From positions 3,249 through 67,248 of the forward strand of contig JASNYX010000004.1 of assembly GCA_048499955.1 (NCBI GenBank): a stretch of 64,000 nucleotides of DNA, written 5' to 3'. Numbering within the stretch: the stretch's first letter is position 1; each line of letters starts with the position of its first letter. This stretch comes from Patescibacteria group bacterium. GTDB taxonomy: Bacteria > Patescibacteriota > WWE3 > 2-01-FULL-39-13. The notes beneath the pieces were generated by a model, which had not been told where the DNA came from, did no database searches, and saw only the letters and a list, made by a program, of their open reading frames with translations. A program made the position numbers and the translations under genes. Shown one piece after another: positions 56,925 to 64,000 of the stretch.

Positions 56925-58097
56925 TTAATTTCCTGATAACACGTAATCACCTCTTATTGCAGGATAGTATATTATAATATCACCCTGTTGAGCCAGTTGT
57001 CCTGAGAGAGGTTGAGTCACAAATCTTCCCTCAAATACATACATAGGTTGCAAATAAGGCTGATATTCTCGGGGTTCAAAATATGCGAGTGAAACATTTT
57101 TAATATCAACTCTATTAACTGGAAGATCATTTCTGAACGGATCAAAAGCATCTTCACCGTCAACTCTTAAATACGAAATAACACCCTTATTTTCAGCAAC
57201 AGTAGTCCAAACATTTTCAACCGGAGAAATAAAATAGGCTGAAAAACCTTCGTAATTAACCGACCACTGTATAAAGTTAATAATCGGAAATTTAAAAGGA
57301 GCCTGAGAATTCGTGACATAAAAATTCATTAGAGAATTTTTAGGGTTTGGGCCATAAATTTTATAACTGATTTCAGGTATTTTGTTCCTCTCACTTGCCG
57401 CTTGTACAACGAGTTTTTTGAAAACATCTACCCGCATCATCTTAGCTCTTTGAGTATCCAGTTTTGACTCGCGGATTCTTCCCAAACTCACTAATGCCGG
57501 AGTTGTTGTAAAAGTAAGATTTGGAATATCTTTAGTACCCAACAAACTTTTTGAGCGGATTAACCCCGAAACCTCATTAGTAGCATCTGTATTCGTAATT
57601 GCCAATGCAGCATTTACAACCGTATTAAGCTTATCGATTGACGTGCCTAACTGAAAGTTACTAGTAACCGCATCCGCAGCGTAATTACGATTGTTGGTTC
57701 CATCGACCCAAACGAATTCAGAAGCACTCTTCTTCTGGAAATTATTGCCAAAACCAAAGTCGGTTGCCAAATTCTTAATAGATTGTTCAGCCAAAAGGGT
57801 ACTTCTCGGCTCAGGAATCTCATAAACATTAACGCGATCAGGAAAAGCCGGGAGTCTCCCATCGGGTGTGTCCAAAACATACTGAGGATTACCCTCGATT
57901 TTGATAGAACTCATCCGAAGCTGAGGTAAAGATCCATATTTTGATTCAGGAGGAGGTACTTTTTTAGGGAAAAAGTATCTATAAACATTAACCGATTGAT
58001 TAAAACCAAAACGAAGGCTATAAAAAATTATTGATCCCACAAACAAAACTACAATAGCTCTGCGAAATTGTACCTGAGTATTTGTGAGGGAAGCCAT
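56925..58097 (-). CDS. signal-anchored hypothetical protein
   Basis: N-terminal TM helix. The remaining 360 aa are soluble with no motif. Confidence 0.35.
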   Translation of the reverse strand: MASLTNTQVQFRRAIVVLFVGSIIFYSLRFGFNQSVNVYRYFFPKKVPPPESKYGSLPQLRMSSIKIEGNPQYVLDTPDGRLPAFPDRVNVYEIPEPRSTLLAEQSIKNLATDFGFGNNFQKKSASEFVWVDGTNNRNYAADAVTSNFQLGTSIDKLNTVVNAALAITNTDATNEVSGLIRSKSLLGTKDIPNLTFTTTPALVSLGRIRESKLDTQRAKMMRVDVFKKLVVQAASERNKIPEISYKIYGPNPKNSLMNFYVTNSQAPFKFPIINFIQWSVNYEGFSAYFISPVENVWTTVAENKGVISYLRVDGEDAFDPFRNDLPVNRVDIKNVSLAYFEPREYQPYLQPMYVFEGRFVTQPLSGQLAQQGDIIIYYPAIRGDYVLSGN

Positions 58098-58139
58098 GCT
58101 TATATTGTACCAAAGTTCGCAGTAAGGTTTACGATAACA

Positions 58140-59201
58140 CTACTCTTTAGATTTAGTTTCAACCTTGGATTTTTGACGAGACTCGGGCGTGCTTGCCATA
58201 TCCGTGAAGTCGTACCCGTAAAGATATCTGAATATTTCCGAAATTATAATCAATAGAGGCAACGACAAGATACCACCAACAATTCCAAACAGTTCAGCCC
58301 CAACCATGAAGGCAATAATTGTCAAAAGCGGATTAAAACCGATTGCCCGCTCCATTATCTTTGGAACTATTATATGATTCTCCAACTGCTGAATTAAAAT
58401 ATATAGGCCAATGACTCCCAAACCGATTGCAGGTGAATAACTAAACCCTATTATTGCAGCCGGAATAAGCGAAATTGTTGGACCGATGATCGGTATTATC
58501 TCCAACAAACCTGCAAAAACTCCAAGAGCTAAAGCAAATTCTCCCAACCCCAAGATAGTCAAACCCAAGTAACTCAAAGCACCTACCACAACCATAAGGA
58601 GTATCTGCCCACGTAACCAGTCTTTTAGTTTGAATTCAATATCCGTTAGCGTTTTCTGAACACCAGCTCTTCTGTCAGGTGGGAAAAATCCGATTACGTA
58701 TTGCCTAATGTTTTTGAAATCCAGCAGTATATAAATTGTAAAAACAACGATCAGAAGTAGCGATAATACGCTGGAAAAAATGCTCAAGGTAAAGTCAAAA
58801 ATTCGTTGGCCACCCGAACTTAGCTGAGCCAAAATTGTATCAATATATGAGTCATACCCCGGCAAATTAAGTACCGAATCAACATAATAGGGGAAATTCA
58901 CAGTCAGTAACCGAATCTGTTGAATAAGTGGTGTAAAAGCAATGCTTCCCAAAAGTCCGAACGTCGATAATGATAAAAGGATCACTATCATTACAGATAA
59001 ACCGTAGGGGATTCTCTTTCTAACAAACCATTCAACGGAGGGCTCTAATGCCAAGGCCAATATCAACCCCAAAAAAATAAGAACTAATACATTCTTTATG
59101 AGAAAAAGTAGATATAATAAACCGATTATTGAAAAAAAGGTTAGTATACTTTGAGAGGTAATCGAAAGATGGAAATTTTTACTACTATCGTTTTTTTTCA
59201 T
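58140..59201 (-). CDS. AI-2E-family (UPF0118/PerM-like) transporter
   Basis: Eight TM helices with the characteristic LLEIIPIIGPTIS and VPKIMERAIGFNPL segments. Confidence 0.7.
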   Translation of the reverse strand: MKKNDSSKNFHLSITSQSILTFFSIIGLLYLLFLIKNVLVLIFLGLILALALEPSVEWFVRKRIPYGLSVMIVILLSLSTFGLLGSIAFTPLIQQIRLLTVNFPYYVDSVLNLPGYDSYIDTILAQLSSGGQRIFDFTLSIFSSVLSLLLIVVFTIYILLDFKNIRQYVIGFFPPDRRAGVQKTLTDIEFKLKDWLRGQILLMVVVGALSYLGLTILGLGEFALALGVFAGLLEIIPIIGPTISLIPAAIIGFSYSPAIGLGVIGLYILIQQLENHIIVPKIMERAIGFNPLLTIIAFMVGAELFGIVGGILSLPLLIIISEIFRYLYGYDFTDMASTPESRQKSKVETKSKE

Positions 59202-59236
59202 TTCTCTCCAAAAAATTTACTGTTTTTTCAGCGGAT

Positions 59237-60190
59237 TCAACAAACCAATTCTACAATTCTGCGTACTTCCAAGTCAAAGCCCGGATTTTCAGGGTCAAGA
59301 AAATAAGCATTAGGAAATTGTTTGTATTTCTTGAACCAAGTTTCCTGCCTTCTGATATAGGCGTGAAGATCAAATTGAATACGCTCGATTGAATCCCTTT
59401 CGTTTTTATTCCTACTCTCAACATATTCTAATGCAGTCTTATAAACAAGCCCTTTCATAACATTTGAATCTTTATAACCTAAATCTATCAATTTTATGAC
59501 TTCCTTTTTTAATTCCTCCCAGACCGATTCAACCCAACGATCAACACGCAAATAAATTGCATCACGAGTTCTGTTTAAAACAATAATAGTCGAATCAACA
59601 TCAGCCGGATTTAGCAGCTGATTTTCAGCTTTATCTATGGAATTAAGAAGCTCAATCTTTCTTATCAATCTACGCTTATTATTAATATCGCTATAGTTCA
59701 TTTCTGATTTTACATCTTCTGGAATTAACCCTTGAAGATCCTCTTTAGTTTTAATTTCGAGTTCTTTTCGTAATTCCCAGTTGGGTTCAGACCCCTGAGA
59801 AACCGGTATGCCCAAAAGCGAGTCAAGATAGAGTCCTGTACCTCCGACAATAAACTTAGTTTTAGGATTTTGAGTTAAAATCTCAAGTGATCGTGTTTGA
59901 AAATCATGAACAGTAAAAGTAGCTAAGGGATCAACAACATCATACATCCAGATATTGATGCCATCAATTTTCCACTTATCATCCCCTTTAGATACGATTG
60001 AGTCAGAGTGTATAGGCAATTTACCGGTTCCTACATCAAAATCTTTGTAGATTTGTCGAGAATCGGCTGAAAGCAGTGCTGAATCGAACTCTTCGCACAA
60101 CCTTAAGGCCAACGATGTTTTCCCTGAAGATGTCGGACCTGCAATGAAGATCTTGTTTTTAGTCTGATTAAACCCTCGTAAAGACGGCAT
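59237..60190 (-). CDS. miaA: tRNA dimethylallyltransferase
   Basis: The P-loop is IFIAGPTSSGKTSLA, with SADSRQIYKDFDVGTGK. The start is set at ATG 60190 (MPSLRG); the track ORF extends to a TTG at 60247. Confidence 0.85.
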   Translation of the reverse strand: MPSLRGFNQTKNKIFIAGPTSSGKTSLALRLCEEFDSALLSADSRQIYKDFDVGTGKLPIHSDSIVSKGDDKWKIDGINIWMYDVVDPLATFTVHDFQTRSLEILTQNPKTKFIVGGTGLYLDSLLGIPVSQGSEPNWELRKELEIKTKEDLQGLIPEDVKSEMNYSDINNKRRLIRKIELLNSIDKAENQLLNPADVDSTIIVLNRTRDAIYLRVDRWVESVWEELKKEVIKLIDLGYKDSNVMKGLVYKTALEYVESRNKNERDSIERIQFDLHAYIRRQETWFKKYKQFPNAYFLDPENPGFDLEVRRIVELVC

Positions 60191-60253
60191 ATTTATATTA
60201 TACCCGAGCATACATAGTTTTATTCGATATAATTGTCGGGAAAGCAAACATCT

Positions 60254-61222
60254 ATGCCTAAGAAATATAATTATGAAAACATAAATAAATTTATTGAAAG
60301 CTTAAAGGAAATTTATCCATTTGATTTTCCGAACGTCGAAAAAGGCCTGAAAATTAAACGTCAAACAACATTTAGAGTTAACAAGCTAAAGGGCAATTCT
60401 CAGGAAGTCGAAAAAAGCCTGGAAAATGAGGGTTTTTTGGTCAAGAAAGGGACGTTTCCGGAATCTTACATCGTTACTTCGAAGCCTGAGGACAAACACC
60501 TTTCTGATACAGCTGCCTTTATTGAAGGGAAATTATATGTGCAGGAACTGGCAAGCATGATTCCACCATTAGTATTAAATCCCAAACCGGGTGATAAAAT
60601 CCTCGACATGGCATCTGCCCCGGGAAGCAAAACCACACAAATGGCCGCCATGACGAATAACGAAGCTGAAATACTCGCTCTCGAAAAACACCCACTAAGA
60701 ATTAAAACCCTTCAACATAATCTAAAAATACAAGGTGCCGATAACACCACCTCATTGAGAATAGACTCGATGGAATTCCAACGCAGAAATCCTCAATTCA
60801 TAGAATACTTCGATAAAATTCTGGTGGATGCCCCATGCTCAAGCGAGGGAAGATTCAACCTTAACGATCCCAAGTCTTATAAATACTGGAATATTCACAA
60901 GAGAAAAGAAATGAGCCGAATTCAAAAAGGCCTGTTAATGTCAGGAATAAGAATGCTTAAACCGGGAGGCACACTTGTGTATTCAACTTGCACCTTCGGA
61001 ACAGAAGAAAACGAACAGGTATTACAATGGCTCAAAGACAAAATCCCCGAGATATCGATAGAAAAGATAGAGATACCAATAAAAAATGTGAAGCCCGGAT
61101 TAAACTCGTGGAAAGAAAAAAAGTTCGATTCCCAGATTAGAAATGCTATACGAGTTGTTCCCGATGAACTTTTTGGTGGCTTCTTTATCGCAAAATTAAA
61201 AAAGAAGAAGGCGACACATTGA
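60254..61222 (+). CDS. RsmB/NOL1/NOP2/Sun-family RNA m5C methyltransferase
   Basis: The SAM motif is DMASAPGSKTT. Catalytic motifs are DKILVDAPCSSEG and VYSTCT. The start is set at ATG 60254; the track start at 60233 is a TTG. Confidence 0.8.
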   Translation: MPKKYNYENINKFIESLKEIYPFDFPNVEKGLKIKRQTTFRVNKLKGNSQEVEKSLENEGFLVKKGTFPESYIVTSKPEDKHLSDTAAFIEGKLYVQELASMIPPLVLNPKPGDKILDMASAPGSKTTQMAAMTNNEAEILALEKHPLRIKTLQHNLKIQGADNTTSLRIDSMEFQRRNPQFIEYFDKILVDAPCSSEGRFNLNDPKSYKYWNIHKRKEMSRIQKGLLMSGIRMLKPGGTLVYSTCTFGTEENEQVLQWLKDKIPEISIEKIEIPIKNVKPGLNSWKEKKFDSQIRNAIRVVPDELFGGFFIAKLKKKKATH

Positions 61223-61243
61223 TCTGTACATGCGTATGAAAGA

Positions 61244-62482
61244 CTAAAGTGGATTTTCTTTTTGCCACAAATCGAGGAGTAACGCGTGTCTGCGTTTTTT
61301 TTCCTTCAGTGGGACATCATCTTTCATTGATTTGGATGCATTAGTTCCTTCCCTTGGCGAGTATATTGAAATATAAGCGGATTTAAATTTCATCCATTTA
61401 AATAAATCATAAGTTTTCATGAACTGTTCTTCGGTCTCACCGGGGAATCCGACAATAATATCCGTTCCAAACTCCATATCAGGAACAACCCTTTTCATTT
61501 GAGTTATAAGTTCTTTAAACTCTTCAATGGTATGTCGACGGTTCATTCGTGCGAGGATTTCGTTATCAGCACTTTGAACTGCAATATGTAGATATCTGGC
61601 TATTTTCGGTAACGAAAGTGTATCTATTAAATCTTGAGTAAAATCAAAAGGATTCGAGGAAATAAAATTGATTTTTTCTACGCTATCGATTTGGTGAACT
61701 TTTCTTAATAACCTTGCAAAAGGGATCTTATGTTCAGAACCCGCACGTAATTTAAATTTTGTAGCACGATCCAAACCCCAAGAGTTCACATTCTGGCCCA
61801 CGAGCATTATGTTTTTGTATCCCCTACCTGATAGATGCTTTATCTCAGAAATAATGTCTTCTTCGGAACGACTTTTCTCTTCGCCTCGAGCGTACGGCAC
61901 AACACAAAACGTACAAAAGTTATCACATCCTGAAGATATATTAACGTATGCCCACTCAGTTTCGTTGTACTCATTGGGATTTATCAACGAATTTTTCAAT
62001 ACTGATAATGCCCATTCATCTACCAAATTCTCATTTACCAGGATCCCCGGTATCAAAGATTCTTCTTCCGGAGACAACAAATAATCAGCCCAATCAAGAC
62101 GTGCTTTTAATTCATCGTATGACACTCTGATACGGTCACCTTTTGCACTACCGACCATACATCCGGTTACAAAAACAACCTGATTTCCCTTTTTATCATA
62201 ATAAGAGCCTTTGCCTGTCTTGCTTTCCCCGACTTTCATTCCCCATCCGTAAACTTTATCCTCTGATTTTTGCCTCACAGAGCATGTATTTATAATAAGA
62301 ACGTCGGCGTGCTGGTAATCTTTTGTAGGAGAAAAACCGAGAACATCTAAAGTTCCGGCCATTGCCTGACTGTCTCGAATATTCGCCTGACACCCATAAG
62401 TCTGGATAAAATAAGTCTTACCTAATGGGTTCTTGTATTCAGTGCTTTCTTGTTTTTTTGCAGTTTTTATGAGCTTTTTCAC
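61244..62482 (-). CDS. miaB: tRNA-i6A37 methylthiotransferase
   Basis: The MTTase N-domain Cys is in YFIQTYGCQAN. The radical-SAM site is CDNFCTFC. The TRAM-like C-terminus is present. Confidence 0.85.
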   Translation of the reverse strand: MKKLIKTAKKQESTEYKNPLGKTYFIQTYGCQANIRDSQAMAGTLDVLGFSPTKDYQHADVLIINTCSVRQKSEDKVYGWGMKVGESKTGKGSYYDKKGNQVVFVTGCMVGSAKGDRIRVSYDELKARLDWADYLLSPEEESLIPGILVNENLVDEWALSVLKNSLINPNEYNETEWAYVNISSGCDNFCTFCVVPYARGEEKSRSEEDIISEIKHLSGRGYKNIMLVGQNVNSWGLDRATKFKLRAGSEHKIPFARLLRKVHQIDSVEKINFISSNPFDFTQDLIDTLSLPKIARYLHIAVQSADNEILARMNRRHTIEEFKELITQMKRVVPDMEFGTDIIVGFPGETEEQFMKTYDLFKWMKFKSAYISIYSPREGTNASKSMKDDVPLKEKKRRHALLLDLWQKENPL

Positions 62483-62540
62483 AATTGGAATTATAGAACA
62501 ATTATAGACAACTCCGAATAGTTAACTTCTGAACGTAATT

Positions 62541-63032
62541 TCACCAAATACCATGAGAGGTATCAGTGTTATCTAAATACTCACGAATGCGTTTTTCAGT
62601 TCCGATCGAAGCATCCTTCGGAAGGTTATCAACACCGAACCAAGCAACTTCCTGAATTTCACGTTCGTCTGCCTTTAAATCATTGGGATTCACAATATTT
62701 TCGGTTACATAAACGATTGTCGTATTTGCTTTATGCTCATGAAAATCACGGTATACGCCAAGCAAACGAAGATCTTTTACCAAGAGGCCTGTTTCTTCAA
62801 AAACCTCTCGTTCTGCTGACTCAATAAGGTTTTCATCACTTTTGATGCCTCCCCCGGGCATATAATACTTAGGCCGATAAGTATGTCTTAATAGCAATAC
62901 TTTATGATCATGTACTATCAACACTCTCACACCTAAGGTGGGAGTCCTAAAGATGAAATAGTATGCCCTAGACAGCCAGTAAAGAATAGTAAGAATAAAT
63001 TTGTGTAAATTCAATGAATTGATAGCGCTCAT
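62541..63032 (-). CDS. NUDIX hydrolase
   Basis: The Nudix box is GGGIKSDENLIESAEREVFEETGL. Confidence 0.8.
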   Translation of the reverse strand: MSAINSLNLHKFILTILYWLSRAYYFIFRTPTLGVRVLIVHDHKVLLLRHTYRPKYYMPGGGIKSDENLIESAEREVFEETGLLVKDLRLLGVYRDFHEHKANTTIVYVTENIVNPNDLKADEREIQEVAWFGVDNLPKDASIGTEKRIREYLDNTDTSHGIW

Positions 63033-63388
63033 AAGACTTCCGAGCCGTTTAAGACTTCCTTACCCGGATGCAAGAGTACCGCAGATTCATTAAAATCAGC
63101 AGCAAGAATCATTCCCTGGCTTTCTACTCCTCTAAATTTGCGGGGCTCAAGGTTTATAAGTACTGGGATTTGCTTGCCGATCAGATCTTCAGGAAAGTAC
63201 CAGGCAGCGATTCCTGAAACGATCTGTCGTTTTTCAGTCCCTATATCAACAATGAGCTTTAGAAGTTTATCAGCATCCGGAACCTTTTCAGCTTCAATTA
63301 TTTTTCCAATCACAATCTTGAGTTTTTTAAAATCGTCGTAAGTAATTGATTCCATAATTTTAGGATTTAGGCTTATCAAATTTATCAA
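63029..63388 (-). CDS. tRNA-binding (CsaA/Trbp111/EMAP-like OB-fold) protein
   Basis: KIVIGKIIEAEKVPDADKLLKLIVDIG ... GVESQGMILA. Confidence 0.7.
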   Translation of the reverse strand: MINLISLNPKIMESITYDDFKKLKIVIGKIIEAEKVPDADKLLKLIVDIGTEKRQIVSGIAAWYFPEDLIGKQIPVLINLEPRKFRGVESQGMILAADFNESAVLLHPGKEVLNGSEVL

Positions 63389-63674
63389 ACTTTAGACCTC
63401 GAACTACAAAATAGATAACTGCTGCTACCACAATAAAGTCCAGCAAAGTCGCAACGAAATGCCCCCACATAAATGTCACCTGCCCGACGGAAAATTGTGC
63501 TTCTTTGAGATTTCCGGCAGCTCCTACCATTAAACCTAGTATAGGACTTATAAAATCAGCAATCAGTGCATTTACTACATCTTTGACAGAGTTTCCCAAA
63601 ACAATACCGATTGCTAAACCGACAACACCCTGTTGTCTAATAAATTCTGCGAAACCTATTATTTTTGACCCCAT
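63360..63674 (-). CDS. mscL: large-conductance mechanosensitive channel (short form)
   Basis: The N-terminus is FAEFIRQQGVVGLAIGIVLG. The TM2 segment is VTFMWGHFVATLLDFIVVAAVIYF. It overlaps the downstream gene by 29 nt. Confidence 0.7.
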   Translation of the reverse strand: MGSKIIGFAEFIRQQGVVGLAIGIVLGNSVKDVVNALIADFISPILGLMVGAAGNLKEAQFSVGQVTFMWGHFVATLLDFIVVAAVIYFVVRGLKFDKFDKPKS

Positions 63675-64000
63675 TGATTGAACCCTCCTATGTTAAATGA
63701 ATATACACGGCTTGGAAAGCCCAAGCCACGGCAATTATAAGAAATTATAGGAATAATCGCAAAAGGGCACCTAAAAAGGTGCCCTTAATATCAATGCGTG
63801 TGTGGACTTCTATGGTCTAGCTCGATCCGTTACTCTATGAGATCCACTATTTGTATGATCCCTAGCGTAGCTTCTCAACCGATCAACCCACTGCTGTGCA
63901 TCAGGTTCTAGTGCTCTACCAAAAGCTAAACCTACTGCTATTGCTATCGCAAAGGTTAAACTGTTGGTAATCGCTGCAATAACATTGCTTCCGATACTTA

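Noticed and set aside
1-64000. Alternative genetic code (UGA to Gly as in Gracilibacteria/Absconditabacteria), considered because of the low GC and split genes
   Set aside because: TGA terminates many well-conserved genes at their expected ends. These include the VirB4/M23 ATGA overlap at 3405-3408 and the xseB/xseA junction. The split genes involve frameshifts or TAG, not in-frame TGA.

Overview
This is a low-GC (about 36-38%) bacterial chromosomal window, densely coded on both strands. The genetic code is standard: TGA is used as a stop, including ATGA stop/start overlaps, so a TGA-recoded lineage is excluded.

The window opens inside a Gram-positive/CPR-style type IV secretion module. This comprises a VirB6/TrbL-like membrane protein, a small 2-TM VirB3/PrgI-like protein, a VirB4 ATPase split over two overlapping ORFs, and a membrane-anchored M23 peptidoglycan hydrolase.

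Convergent with that module is the most interesting locus, a four-gene operon with the gene order of a type III CBASS. It encodes a Pol-beta-type CD-NTase, a small protein that is HORMA/Cap7-like by position only, a TRIP13/Cap6-like AAA+ ATPase, and an effector made of two TM helices fused to a C-terminal CARF-like Rossmann domain (signature D-x-T-x-x-x-K). The operon is divergently paired with lexA and a small XRE regulator. The lexA promoter is a TTGACA-N17-TAAAAT element with nested perfect palindromes over the spacer and -10, suggesting SOS-coupled control. A small PLD-family (HxK-x4-D) nuclease cassette lies next to it.

Most of the rest is housekeeping (tgt, typA, gltX, miaA, miaB, xseAB, dus, a DEAD-box helicase, malic enzyme, a tRNA-Gln). 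The remainder encodes envelope proteins (VanW, CapA, a DsbA-like protein, Amidase_3, two C39-like peptidase proteins), a two-component system, a NOX-like flavocytochrome next to a cupredoxin, and an orphan STAND-like NTPase.

An unusual number of genes look disrupted: split VirB4, frameshifted trmH-like MTase, an in-frame TAG in an EamA transporter, an ABC-2 permease and ATPase with deletions, and a signal peptide detached from an RcnA-like protein. A GC-richer islet with a strongly Shine-Dalgarno-led 58-aa hydrophobic peptide sits next to tRNA-Gln.

No rRNA or CRISPR array was seen. All calls rest on motif recognition by eye from the translated ORFs; no database search was possible.
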